A stretch of DNA of 63,106 nucleotides. It comes from an uncultured Gammaproteobacteria bacterium. GTDB lineage: Bacteria > Patescibacteriota > Patescibacteriia > Patescibacteriales > UBA12465. A model generated the notes under the pieces. The model did not search any database and had not been told where the DNA came from. It saw only the letters and a program-made list of their open reading frames with translations. The translations under genes were made by a program, and so were the position numbers. The DNA lies in NCBI GenBank assembly GCA_964572055.1, contig CAZNDY010000002.1:5555-68660 (forward strand), given 5' to 3'. Shown here one piece after another: positions 17,699 to 27,595 of the stretch (positions within the stretch are counted from its first letter, which is position 1; every line of letters starts with the position of its first letter).

Positions 17699-19786
17699 AT
17701 GACCAACGCTAAAAAGAGATTGGAGAAAAAAAAGACCAATAGTATAAATAGTCGCCTTATATTTTTAAGTGCGATTATTTTTTTTCTTTTTTTGTCATTG
17801 GGTTTAAAATTGTTTAAGACGCAGATAGTGGATTGCGAAACTTATTTAGCTAAAGCTGGTTTGCAGCATAAAATTTTTAATGAATTGAAAGCTAAAAGAG
17901 GTGAAATTTATTTGCATAAAAATTCTGAATCTAATTTTTATTCTATTGCCACTAATAAAGATTTTGCTAGTCTTTATATTGTTCCTAGATTATTAAGTGA
18001 AGAAGATTTATTATCTATTTTAAACTCTGTTTATTTGGTTTTTCATGAAGAAGCAGTTCTTCAAGAGGTTGAGGAGTATTTAAAAGAATTAGATCGTCAA
18101 GATCTTTTAAATGAGCTGAGGTATATAGATTCTTTGAGTATTAGTGAAAATGATAAAATTTTTAGAAAGAAAGAGGTTGAAGAAAGAAGGGCTAACTTAA
18201 AATTTAACGAAGAGTGGTTGGAGTTTAGAAAAATTCAAAAAGATTTGGAAATAGAGGAAAGGAAACAGTCTATAATTAGTAATTATCTTTCTGAGCTTAA
18301 AGATTCAAAAAAATATTCAAGATTAATATTGAGAAAGGTAAGTAAAGAGGATTTATTGAAGTTTTATTTTCAGCATCTAGGTTCTTTTTGGGAGATAGAG
18401 TCGGTTTCTGATTTGAGTATTAAAAATGGAAAAATTTTTTTAGACAAGAAAGAAAAAGATTTAACCAATGAAATTATTGGTTTTTATTATGAGTGGGAGA
18501 GTTTAAGGTATTATCCTGAGAAAATGTTTCTATCTCACTTAACCGGCTTTGTTAACTATGATGGGATTGGTAATTATGGTTTGGAAGGTTTTTTTAATGA
18601 TGAACTTTCTGGTGAAGATGGTTTTTTATTTGGAGAAAAGGGGACATATAAGGGTAAGAAAATAATAATTGATCAACAAGAGTATAGTGAACCAGTTAAT
18701 GGTAATAGTCTGGTTTTAACTATTGATTATGCTGTTCAAGCTTATGTTTGTAATAAAATAAAGGAGTATTACGAGAAACATTCTTTTGAGAGTGGAAGTA
18801 TTTCGGTTATGGATCCTCAAACTGGAAAAATATTAGCTCTTTGTGTTTGGCCCGAGTTTGATGCTAACGACTATCAAAATGCTTCCAGTACTGATGTTTT
18901 TGATAATCAATTTATTTCTTATCAGTATGAACCAGGGTCAGTTTTTAAAACAATTACCTTAGCGGCTGCTATTGATCAAGGAAAGGTTAGTCCTAACACT
19001 GTTTATAGGGACGAGGGTCAACTTTTTGTTAAGGGAGTTCCTAGGCCTATTAAAAATTCTGATTTTGATACTCATGGTGCTCATGGTGATGTTTCTATGA
19101 CATACGTTCTTGAGAAATCTTTGAATACTGGGGCTATTTTTGCAGCTGAACAAATAGGAAAAGATGTTTTTGCCGATTATTTAGAAAAGTTTGGCTTTGG
19201 TGAACGTGTTGGCATTGAAATGAGTGGAGAGACTTCTGGAAATATTAGTAATATACTTGGAAAAAATGTGAAGGATATTGATTTTTTCACTGCTTCTTTT
19301 GGTCAGGGGATAGCAGTTACCCCCTTACAAATGCTCTCCTCTTATGCTACTATTGCTAATAAAGGCATAATGATGAAGCCTTATGTGGTTGAAGAAATAT
19401 TGGATCAAGACGGGAAAACATTAAAAAAAATTGAGCCTCGTCAAATCAGGAGAGTTATTTCAGAAGAGACAGCTTTGGCTGTTTCGGCTATGTTGGTTAG
19501 TGTTGTTGAGGAGGGTCATTCCGTCAAAGCTAAAATTCCTGGTTATTATGTTGGTGGAAAAACTGGGACGGCTCAAATTCCTTCACCCAAAGGAGGATAT
19601 TTGGATAAACAATATATTCATAACTTTATAGGTTATGCGCCTATAGACAATCCGCGATTTGTTGTTTTGGTTAAGTTTGACAACCCTAAGACATCGGTTT
19701 TTGCTGAAGGAACGGTTGTGCCAGCCTTTGAAGAAATAGCAGATTTTTTGTTAAAATATTATCAAATCCCTAAAAATATAAATTAA
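17699..19786 (+). CDS. ftsI: class B penicillin-binding protein (FtsI/PBP2-type transpeptidase)
   Basis: N-terminal TM anchor; transpeptidase motifs SVFK (SxxK), SLN (SxN), KTGT; dcw position. Confidence 0.88.
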   Translation: MTNAKKRLEKKKTNSINSRLIFLSAIIFFLFLSLGLKLFKTQIVDCETYLAKAGLQHKIFNELKAKRGEIYLHKNSESNFYSIATNKDFASLYIVPRLLSEEDLLSILNSVYLVFHEEAVLQEVEEYLKELDRQDLLNELRYIDSLSISENDKIFRKKEVEERRANLKFNEEWLEFRKIQKDLEIEERKQSIISNYLSELKDSKKYSRLILRKVSKEDLLKFYFQHLGSFWEIESVSDLSIKNGKIFLDKKEKDLTNEIIGFYYEWESLRYYPEKMFLSHLTGFVNYDGIGNYGLEGFFNDELSGEDGFLFGEKGTYKGKKIIIDQQEYSEPVNGNSLVLTIDYAVQAYVCNKIKEYYEKHSFESGSISVMDPQTGKILALCVWPEFDANDYQNASSTDVFDNQFISYQYEPGSVFKTITLAAAIDQGKVSPNTVYRDEGQLFVKGVPRPIKNSDFDTHGAHGDVSMTYVLEKSLNTGAIFAAEQIGKDVFADYLEKFGFGERVGIEMSGETSGNISNILGKNVKDIDFFTASFGQGIAVTPLQMLSSYATIANKGIMMKPYVVEEILDQDGKTLKKIEPRQIRRVISEETALAVSAMLVSVVEEGHSVKAKIPGYYVGGKTGTAQIPSPKGGYLDKQYIHNFIGYAPIDNPRFVVLVKFDNPKTSVFAEGTVVPAFEEIADFLLKYYQIPKNIN

Positions 19787-19791
19787 CTTAT

Positions 19792-21087
19792 ATGAAAAAA
19801 ATAGTGATGAAATTATTGGCTTTTTTTGCCAACAAGATAATAAAAAAATATAAGCCAAAGGTAGTTGGCATAACTGGTAGTGTTGGTAAAACAAGCTCCA
19901 AAGAGGCTATTAGTTTAGTTTTGTCTTGTCAAAAGAGGGTTCGCTCTAGTTTCTCTAATTATAATAATGAATTTGGGTTACCCCTGACTATTATTGGTTT
20001 AAAATCTCCAGGAAAAAATCTTTTTAAATGGTTCTTTGTTTTTTGTAAGGCAATTTTTTTATTATTCTTTAAAGATAAAAGTTATCCAGAATATTTAGTT
20101 TTAGAAATGGGTATAGATCGAGAAGGTGATATGGATTATTTGTTGAAAATAGTTAAGCCGGACAGAGCTGTTTTAACCAATATCTCTCATTCTCATTTAG
20201 AATATTTTGGTAGTATTGATAAAATTAAAAAAGAGAAAATGAAGTTATTGCATGGATTAAAAAAGGGTGGAGTAGCTATTGTTAATTCTGATAATGATTT
20301 TTTAAAAAATGTTAAAGAGGAATTAAAAGTTTTACTTATTAATTATGGTTTCAAACCGGGGGCAAATATTTTGGCCAGGGATTTAAATTTTATTTTACCT
20401 GATGGAGATTTAAAAAATAATTTTTATGGAGCTAATTTTAAGTTGGAATATAGGGGATCTATTGTTCCGGTTGTTTTGCCAGGGGTAATTAGTAAATCTT
20501 CGGTTTACTCTGTTTTAAGCGCTTTGGCCGTAGCCATTTCTTTTGATTTTAATTTAATAGACCTTGTTGGATGTTTAAAAAATATTAAAGTTCCTGTTGG
20601 ACGTATGAACGTTCTTTCTGGTATAAAAAATACCATCCTAATTGATGATACATACAATTCATCACCAGAGTCATCTTTATTGGCTTTAGATTTTTTACAA
20701 AGTATTAAGAAGCGCCAAAATAGGAGAAAAATAGTTGCCTTGGGTGATATGTTAGAACTCGGAAATTACAGTGAGGAGGGGCATCGATTGATTGGTGACA
20801 AGATAAGTAAGTTAGACATTGATGAAATTGTATTAGTAGGAGAGAAGTCTAGAGATATCGGTAGGGGAGCTATTGCCGGAGGTTTTGATAAAAATTTTAT
20901 TTTTCAATTTAAGGAATCATCTGAGGCTGGTTTGTTTTTGCAAAAAAGAATGAGCGAAGGCGATGTTGTTTTACTTAAGGGTTCCCAAGGTGTTAGAATG
21001 GAAAAAGCTGTAAAAGAGATTATGGCTGAGCCAATGAAGTCTGGTGAGTTGTTGGTAAGGCAGTCAAATGAATGGGTTGATAAATAA
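19792..21087 (+). CDS. murF: UDP-N-acetylmuramoyl-tripeptide--D-alanyl-D-alanine ligase
   Basis: GITGSVGKTS P-loop, Mur ligase middle and C-terminal domains (DDTYNSSP, LLKGSQG). Confidence 0.88.
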   Translation: MKKIVMKLLAFFANKIIKKYKPKVVGITGSVGKTSSKEAISLVLSCQKRVRSSFSNYNNEFGLPLTIIGLKSPGKNLFKWFFVFCKAIFLLFFKDKSYPEYLVLEMGIDREGDMDYLLKIVKPDRAVLTNISHSHLEYFGSIDKIKKEKMKLLHGLKKGGVAIVNSDNDFLKNVKEELKVLLINYGFKPGANILARDLNFILPDGDLKNNFYGANFKLEYRGSIVPVVLPGVISKSSVYSVLSALAVAISFDFNLIDLVGCLKNIKVPVGRMNVLSGIKNTILIDDTYNSSPESSLLALDFLQSIKKRQNRRKIVALGDMLELGNYSEEGHRLIGDKISKLDIDEIVLVGEKSRDIGRGAIAGGFDKNFIFQFKESSEAGLFLQKRMSEGDVVLLKGSQGVRMEKAVKEIMAEPMKSGELLVRQSNEWVDK

Positions 21088-21088
21088 A

Positions 21089-21409
21089 TTAATCTTTTAA
21101 ACTTATTTTTCTGGCTAAATCTGTTATATTTTTCTCTATTTTAACTATTTTTAATCTCATTTTAAATATTAAATAAAATAAGAATAAAACCGCTATATAA
21201 AAAGCTAGGTTTATGGCAGAAGATGAAAAGCCTAAACCTATTACTATTTTATCTACTTGTTTTATAAAAATTACAATTAATAAGGCAAAAATCCAGAAAA
21301 GCAACCAAAAAACAAATTCATTCAAGGAGATTGTTTTTTTCTTCCACTGTTTTAATAATTTAAGAAGAAAGAAAACTATTACTAAGCCGGCTATTATTTG
21401 TTGAATCAT
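21089..21409 (-). CDS. small membrane protein, DUF2304-like
   Basis: 106 aa, 3 TM helices plus a charged C-terminal tail, immediately downstream of a GT2 gene as is typical for this pairing. Confidence 0.45.
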   Translation of the reverse strand: MIQQIIAGLVIVFFLLKLLKQWKKKTISLNEFVFWLLFWIFALLIVIFIKQVDKIVIGLGFSSSAINLAFYIAVLFLFYLIFKMRLKIVKIEKNITDLARKISLKD

Positions 21410-21426
21410 ATTTTTTTGTTTAATTT

Positions 21427-22134
21427 TTATCCACTTATTTTTTTTAAAAAAAGATCTTTGATTATTTTTAATCCACCAGAAAATTTTTGACCAAATTCAT
21501 GATAAATGACTTTAATTGGGACTTCTTTGATTTTTAGTTTGTATTTAAATGCTTTGGCTAGTATTTCAGTGCAATGAGCCATTCGATCGTTTTCTATTTT
21601 TATTTTTAAAATAGCTTCTTTGGTCATAGCTCTAAAACCATTTTGAGGATCGCTTGTTTTTATTCCGAAGAAAATATTATTAAAAATTTTAGCAATAGGC
21701 ATTATGATTTTTTTCTTGAATTTTGGAATATTAGATTCAATTCCCATAAATCTAGAACCAATAACTAAATCATAACTCTCTTCTATCAATGGTTCTATCA
21801 TTTTTTTGATATCACTTGCTAAAAATTGACCATCAGCATCAAAATGAACTATGATATCAAAATTTTGTCTTAGGCAATATTCGTTTCCGGTTTGCAAAGC
21901 AGCTCCTTGACCTAGGTTTATTGGGTGATATATTTTTTTTATTTTTTCTTCCTGTATTTTGTTTAAAACCTCCCTGGTTCTATCTTGTGAATTGTCGTCT
22001 ACTACCACTACTAAATCAACTAAGTTTTTAACTTGTTCTATTGTTTGAGAGATTTTTTCTTCTTCATTGTAAGCTGGTATTACACAGGCTATTTTCATTG
22101 TTTTGTTTTTATTAATCTTTTTAAAGTCTAGCAT
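21427..22134 (-). CDS. glycosyltransferase family 2 (polyprenol-phosphate sugar transferase-like)
   Basis: KIACVIPAYNEE, VVVDDNSQD, HFDADGQ (DxD) motifs; start may be the internal ATG at 22098. Confidence 0.85.
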   Translation of the reverse strand: MLDFKKINKNKTMKIACVIPAYNEEEKISQTIEQVKNLVDLVVVVDDNSQDRTREVLNKIQEEKIKKIYHPINLGQGAALQTGNEYCLRQNFDIIVHFDADGQFLASDIKKMIEPLIEESYDLVIGSRFMGIESNIPKFKKKIIMPIAKIFNNIFFGIKTSDPQNGFRAMTKEAILKIKIENDRMAHCTEILAKAFKYKLKIKEVPIKVIYHEFGQKFSGGLKIIKDLFLKKISG

Positions 22135-22189
22135 ATTTTATATTATTTTTAAAATATGCTAAACTAAAGCAGATATTTATTTTATTATT

Positions 22190-22612
22190 ATGAGCTTATT
22201 TGTAAAAATTTATGATCGTTCAAGCTATGTCTTGAACAATCTTAGGTCACTTTTGAATAATTTTTATAGACCACTGCAGGTTAAGATTTTTTTTTCCCTT
22301 TTTGCTCTTCTTAATATATTTTTGTGGTTGTTTTCTTATTATATTTATAATAATGTTACTCAGGACAGGCTTGTATTACACTACAATGTTGATATTGGAA
22401 TTGATTTGATTGGTGACAAACATGACATTTTTTTAATTCCTATTATTAGTTTATTTTTTATTTTTATTAATAATATTTTTTTATTATTTTTTTTCAAAAA
22501 GAGAATTTTTGATTTCAAGTTTATTTTTTATTTTAATTCTATTTTTTTATTAATAACTCAGGTTTTTTTGCTTTTATCAATACTAACTATTTATTTAATT
22601 AATTTTAGTTAA
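22190..22612 (+). CDS. hypothetical membrane protein (140 aa)
   Basis: Three or four hydrophobic helices; no recognised motif. Confidence 0.4.
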   Translation: MSLFVKIYDRSSYVLNNLRSLLNNFYRPLQVKIFFSLFALLNIFLWLFSYYIYNNVTQDRLVLHYNVDIGIDLIGDKHDIFLIPIISLFFIFINNIFLLFFFKKRIFDFKFIFYFNSIFLLITQVFLLLSILTIYLINFS

Positions 22613-22616
22613 GCTT

Positions 22617-23669
22617 ATGGAATTTCAAGTAATAAAAATTTTATTTTTAGCAACTTTTGCTTTTATTTTTACTGTTTTATGGACGCCAATTCTTACCAAT
22701 TTTTTATATAAGTATAAGTTGGGTAAAAAAATAAGAAACAGTGGTTCAACTCCTATTTTTAGTGAGTTGCATGCCCATAAGTCTGGAACACCTACTATGG
22801 GTGGTATTTTGATTTGGGGTACATTGTTTTTTCTTATTTTGGTGTTTTATTATTTGAGCTTAATTTTTCCAAATAGCATAATTGCTCATCTTAATTTTTT
22901 ATCACAAAAAGAAACATTACTTCCTTTAGGTGCTTTAATAGCCTCGGCTCTTATTGGTTTGTTGGATGATTGGCTAGATGTTTCTGGAAAGGGTGTTTTT
23001 GGTGGTGGCGGTTTAAGGATGAAACATCGTTTGCTGATTTACACTTTAATCGCTATTTTTGGGGCTTTGTGGTTTTATTTTAAGTTAGATTGGACGTTGA
23101 TACATGTTCCTTTTTTGGGTTATTTTCAAATTGCTTGGTGGTATGTTCCTGTTTTTATTTTTATAATAGTAGCTACTTCTTTTTCGGTTAATGAAACTGA
23201 TGGTTTAGATGGCCTGGCCGGTGGAACTTTGTTAATTTCTTATGCTTCTTACGGAATCATATCTTTTGTTATGGGTAGATATGATTTGGCTACTTTTTGT
23301 GCTGTTATCGTTGGGGCTCTTTTAGCTTTTTTGTGGTTCAATATTCCGCCAGCTAGATTTTATATGGGAGATACGGGATCTATGAGTTTGGGTGTTACCT
23401 TGGGAATAATTGCTTTACTAACCAATAATGTTCTTCTTTTGCCTTTTATTGGTTTTATTTTTTTACTTGAGTCTTTATCAGTTATAATTCAAATTACTTC
23501 TAAAAAAATTCGAAAAAAGAAAGTTTTTTTATCGGCCCCAATACACCATCATTTTCAAGCTTGTGGTTGGAATGAGTCTAAGATAGTTATGAGGTTTTGG
23601 CTTATTTCAGCGGTGGCAGCCGCCATTGGTTTAATGATTTTTTTAATTGATAAGAGTTTTTCTTTTTAG
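22617..23669 (+). CDS. mraY: phospho-N-acetylmuramoyl-pentapeptide transferase
   Basis: GLLDDWLD, NETDGLDGLAGG, MGDTGSMSLG, PIHHHF motifs. Confidence 0.93.
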   Translation: MEFQVIKILFLATFAFIFTVLWTPILTNFLYKYKLGKKIRNSGSTPIFSELHAHKSGTPTMGGILIWGTLFFLILVFYYLSLIFPNSIIAHLNFLSQKETLLPLGALIASALIGLLDDWLDVSGKGVFGGGGLRMKHRLLIYTLIAIFGALWFYFKLDWTLIHVPFLGYFQIAWWYVPVFIFIIVATSFSVNETDGLDGLAGGTLLISYASYGIISFVMGRYDLATFCAVIVGALLAFLWFNIPPARFYMGDTGSMSLGVTLGIIALLTNNVLLLPFIGFIFLLESLSVIIQITSKKIRKKKVFLSAPIHHHFQACGWNESKIVMRFWLISAVAAAIGLMIFLIDKSFSF

Positions 23670-23674
23670 TTTTT

Positions 23675-24838
23675 ATGATATTGAAGAACAAAAAAAAGGC
23701 TTCAGTCGACAAATATTTATCTTTTACTATTCCATTGTTAATTGTTTTTGGTTTAGTTATGCTTTTTAGTGCTTCTTTGGCTGTTTCTCAGTCTAATTTT
23801 GGAGAGCCCTATCATTATGTTAGGGGACAGATTTTTGGTTTAGTTTTTGGTCTCTTTTTGTTTTTTTTGTTTTTTAAAATAGATTATCATTTTTTTAAAA
23901 AATGTTCTTTCATCTTTCTTCTTTTTTCTATAATCCTTTTGATTTCAGTTTTCATACCTGGCTTAGGAAATGAATATGGGACATCTCGTAGTTGGATAGT
24001 TATTTTTGGTAAATCTTTTCAGGTTTCGGAGTTTGTCAAATTATTTTTTTTATTTTATTTAGCTGCTTGGTTGGAGTCTAAAAAAGATGATTTGAAGAAA
24101 TTTTCTACCGGAATATTTCCTTTTTTGGTGGTTTTGATGACCATTGGAGCATTGATTTTAAAACAACCAGATTTGGGGACTTTTTTGATTATTTTTTTTG
24201 TTTCTCTGATGGTTTATTTAGTGGCTGGCGGTAATCTAAGTCATTTATTTGTTTTATTTTTGGTGATGATTATTGGAATTTTGTTTATTTTTAATTCCAT
24301 GAACTCAGATAGCGACAAAGGCTTAATAAAAGAGTATCAAATCAACAGAATAAAGTGTTTGCAAGATCCCGATTTTGATAGAGATATTTGTTATCAGGTT
24401 AATCAATCTCTGATTGCCGTTGGTTCTGGTGGTTTGTGGGGGAGGGGTTTAGGCGAGAGTAGACAAAAGTTTAATTATTTGCCAGAGGTTTGGGCTGATT
24501 CTATTTTTCCTATTATAGCTGAAGAAATTGGTTTTATTGGTTCTTTGGTTTTAATTTTAATTTATCTTTTTATATTTATTAGAGGAATGAAAATTGCTAG
24601 TAGGGCGCCTGATCTTTTTGGTCAGTCTCTAGCTGTTGGTATATCTGTTTGGATTTTTTTTCAAGCTTTTTTAAATATAGCTGGAATGATAAATTTAGTT
24701 CCAATGACTGGTGTCCCTTTGCCTTTTATTAGTGCTGGAGGAACTTCTTTATCTATTTTGTTGGCTGCTTTTGGAATTTTATTAAATATCAGTCGTCAAC
24801 TTGTAGATGAAAAAAATAATTTTTATGGAAAACAATAA
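23675..24838 (+). CDS. ftsW: SEDS-family cell-division protein FtsW
   Basis: 10-TM SEDS layout, QVSEFVKL, PEVWADSIF, GVPLPFISAGGTS motifs. Confidence 0.88.
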   Translation: MILKNKKKASVDKYLSFTIPLLIVFGLVMLFSASLAVSQSNFGEPYHYVRGQIFGLVFGLFLFFLFFKIDYHFFKKCSFIFLLFSIILLISVFIPGLGNEYGTSRSWIVIFGKSFQVSEFVKLFFLFYLAAWLESKKDDLKKFSTGIFPFLVVLMTIGALILKQPDLGTFLIIFFVSLMVYLVAGGNLSHLFVLFLVMIIGILFIFNSMNSDSDKGLIKEYQINRIKCLQDPDFDRDICYQVNQSLIAVGSGGLWGRGLGESRQKFNYLPEVWADSIFPIIAEEIGFIGSLVLILIYLFIFIRGMKIASRAPDLFGQSLAVGISVWIFFQAFLNIAGMINLVPMTGVPLPFISAGGTSLSILLAAFGILLNISRQLVDEKNNFYGKQ

Positions 24839-25898
24839 AAACAAAAAAATAATTTTAAGTGGTGGTGGTACCGGAGGTTCTGTTATTCCTTTAATGTTTA
24901 TAAGGCAAGAATTAAAAGATAATTTTGATTTTTTATTTGTTGGTACTTATAGAGGAGTGGAAAAAAATATAGTTTTATCGGAAGGTTTAAGATATAAAGC
25001 GATTTTTAGTGGAAAGTTTAGACGTTATTTTTCTGTTTATAATTTTATTGATTTATTTAAAATTTTTATAGCTTTTTGGCAATCTTTATTTTTGCTTATT
25101 AAAGAAAAACCAGATTTAATTATTAGTGCCGGTGGCTTTGTCTCTGTTCCTCTGGTTTTTTCTTCTTGGTTTTTAAAAATACCAGTTTTAATACACCAGC
25201 AAGATGTTATTCCTGGTTTAGCCAATAAATTAATGGCCCCATTTTCTAAAGTAGTTACAGTTACTTTTGAAAAATCTTTAAAATCTTATGGCAAAAAGGG
25301 GGTGTTAATAGGGAATATAGCTAATAATTTAAATTCCTCGAATGTTATTAAAAATGATATTTTTAAAAAATACCATTTGGATAATAACTTGCCATTGTTA
25401 TTGGTTCTTGGTGGTGGTACTGGTTCTTATTTTATAAATAATTTGTTAAAATTATCTTTAAAAGAATTAAGTTTATTAGTTAATATTGTTCATGTTAGTG
25501 GTGGAAATGATAGGGGATCTAAAATAGAAGAAAACATAAAAAATTATTTTAGATTTGAATTTTTAAAACATCAAGACTTAATTGAGTTAATGAAGGTTTC
25601 TGATTTACTTGTTTCTAGATGTGGTCTATCTACTTTGACTGAAATTTCTTTTTTAAAAAAACCTTCAATACTTATTCCTATGCCTAATTCTCATCAAGAG
25701 TTTAACGCTTGGGAGTTTAAAAATAAGGAAGCTGCTATGATTTTGGAGGAAAAAAATCTTGACTCGGCTTTATTAATCAAGACAATAAAAGAAATTTTAT
25801 CTAACAATTTTTTAAGGGAAAAGTTGTCTAAAAATGTTTCAGATGTAATAAAAAATGGCAATCAAGAAATGATTGCCATTGTTAAGTCTTTTTTCTAA
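24807..25898 (+). CDS. murG: UDP-GlcNAc:lipid I N-acetylglucosaminyltransferase
   Basis: LSGGGTGGS, HQQD, LGGGTGS, RCGLSTLTE motifs; start may be ATG 24825. Confidence 0.88.
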   Translation: MKKIIFMENNKNKKIILSGGGTGGSVIPLMFIRQELKDNFDFLFVGTYRGVEKNIVLSEGLRYKAIFSGKFRRYFSVYNFIDLFKIFIAFWQSLFLLIKEKPDLIISAGGFVSVPLVFSSWFLKIPVLIHQQDVIPGLANKLMAPFSKVVTVTFEKSLKSYGKKGVLIGNIANNLNSSNVIKNDIFKKYHLDNNLPLLLVLGGGTGSYFINNLLKLSLKELSLLVNIVHVSGGNDRGSKIEENIKNYFRFEFLKHQDLIELMKVSDLLVSRCGLSTLTEISFLKKPSILIPMPNSHQEFNAWEFKNKEAAMILEEKNLDSALLIKTIKEILSNNFLREKLSKNVSDVIKNGNQEMIAIVKSFF

Positions 25899-26083
25899 TC
25901 AATTTTGTTGCTAGTCATTTCTTGTGCCCACTCTTGAGCCATTTTTCTAGCCTCTTCTTGATTGTCTCCTTTTTTAACAAAGATTTCGAAAAAAAATTCT
26001 TCCAGATCCTTTGGATCTGTTTTTTTGTTCAGTTCATTTATTTCTTCTGGTGAAAAAATTTTTTCCATTTTTAATTCCTCCAT
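25895..26083 (-). CDS. small acidic hypothetical protein (62 aa), third gene of reverse-strand operon
   Basis: ORF begins 4 nt after the stop of the 500-aa gene; 3' end overlaps the murG stop by 4 nt. Confidence 0.4.
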   Translation of the reverse strand: MEELKMEKIFSPEEINELNKKTDPKDLEEFFFEIFVKKGDNQEEARKMAQEWAQEMTSNKID

Positions 26084-26087
26084 ATTT

Positions 26088-27590
26088 TTAAATTAATTCT
26101 TTTTTAAAATTAAGCATTTTTTCACAAAAAGGGTTTATAAAATTTTCCTTAAATTTACTTATGAAAATATAGATTGGCAAGTCTTTATTTTCTTCGTTTT
26201 CGTTATTTATTTCTTTGTGATTTTTTAAAAAATTATCAATCATATCTTTTTTGGAATAGATTTCTTGATCAATTTTGCCTATTAGATTTGCTTTTTCTTC
26301 TTGACTCATATCATTTATTTTTTTCATTTCATTTGATATTTCTAAATAGCTATTCTTAAGCAATTCTTGTTCGCGTCCAATTTCTTTTTTAAGATTCTCT
26401 ACAGCTATTTGCAAGTGTCCATCGTTATAAACATTTTCTAATCCTTTTCCGTTATGTTTTTCTTCTTTAAATTTTTTACTAATATCAATAAAATTTCTTA
26501 ATAATAGTAACTCTTCTTCATTTTGACAAAGCTCCCTTGTTTTTCTAATTATTTCTAATTTGTTATTTCCACTTAATTCAAATAAATTAGCTATTCTATT
26601 AATAAATTTTTTAGATTTGTTTTCGTTTTTTTGATCATCTTTTTCATTCAAGAAAGAGTCGAAGTTAAAACCTTTAATTTCATTAATTAAGCTCTTGAAA
26701 TACAGTTCTACCTGACCAGATTTGTCTAGGATGTTAAAGTTTTCTTGTTCGTTTTCAGATATTTTATTTTTAATTATTTGATATTTAGTATCTTTAGCGC
26801 CTGGATTTATTAAGCCATTTGGTTCTTCTGTTTTTTGTCCAAAAGCTTCAACTTCAATTTCTCTAATCTCTCCTTTTTCATTTTTTGTTTCAATTTTTCC
26901 CTTTATAAAAGGACATCCAGTATTAGGTGCTATCCCAGTTTCAAACCCTAAAGATTTAAATTCTTGTGACATTTTTTCGAAATCTTTTTCGTGAAAAATA
27001 ATATCAATATCGTCTGGTTGTTTTTTACTTTCAGTGGCATTTATTAAAAAAGCTATCGATCCGGTTAAATACCAAGGATATTGGCATTTATTAAAAATTC
27101 TAGAACAAACTTTAAGAGCTTCTTTTTGATGACCAGGAATTCTTTCAATAAATCTTTCTTGTTCTTCTTGGTCGGAGTCCCTTATTTCTAGTCTTGATTT
27201 TATTTTTTCTGGGCTAGGATGTTGGTCTATTTCTTTTTCTTTGTTGTTTATTTTTAACTCTAAATCATTTACTAGCGACATTATCTCTTCTTGAATTTTA
27301 TCTATTTCTTTTATTACAGTAATAGCCTTTTGATTGTCTAATAAATCATGTTTATCTTTTTTGTAAACACCACTTGTTCCTTCGATGGCAATTAAAAAAT
27401 TTTTTAAATCATTTTGTAATTTTTCATAAGAAGTTTTATTTTCTTCTTTTTGTTTGTTTATTTTTTCTTTAGTTTCGTTTATTATTAATTTTGCTTTTTC
27501 GACAATATTAATTTTTTCTGCAATATTTTTTTCCAGTGGATTTATTTCTTCTATATCTAAATTTTCTTTTTCTATTTGCTCTTTTTTCAT
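26088..27590 (-). CDS. Pol-beta-superfamily nucleotidyltransferase-fold protein flanked by long coiled-coil regions
   Basis: 500 aa; YLTGSIAFLINATESKKQPDDIDIIFHEKDFEKMSQEFKSLGF = G-S...D-x-D minimal NTase signature (residues ~177-196). Residues 1-150 and 320-480 are K/E/N-rich and heptad-like. Confidence 0.55.
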   Translation of the reverse strand: MKKEQIEKENLDIEEINPLEKNIAEKINIVEKAKLIINETKEKINKQKEENKTSYEKLQNDLKNFLIAIEGTSGVYKKDKHDLLDNQKAITVIKEIDKIQEEIMSLVNDLELKINNKEKEIDQHPSPEKIKSRLEIRDSDQEEQERFIERIPGHQKEALKVCSRIFNKCQYPWYLTGSIAFLINATESKKQPDDIDIIFHEKDFEKMSQEFKSLGFETGIAPNTGCPFIKGKIETKNEKGEIREIEVEAFGQKTEEPNGLINPGAKDTKYQIIKNKISENEQENFNILDKSGQVELYFKSLINEIKGFNFDSFLNEKDDQKNENKSKKFINRIANLFELSGNNKLEIIRKTRELCQNEEELLLLRNFIDISKKFKEEKHNGKGLENVYNDGHLQIAVENLKKEIGREQELLKNSYLEISNEMKKINDMSQEEKANLIGKIDQEIYSKKDMIDNFLKNHKEINNENEENKDLPIYIFISKFKENFINPFCEKMLNFKKELI

Positions 27591-27595
27591 ATTTA

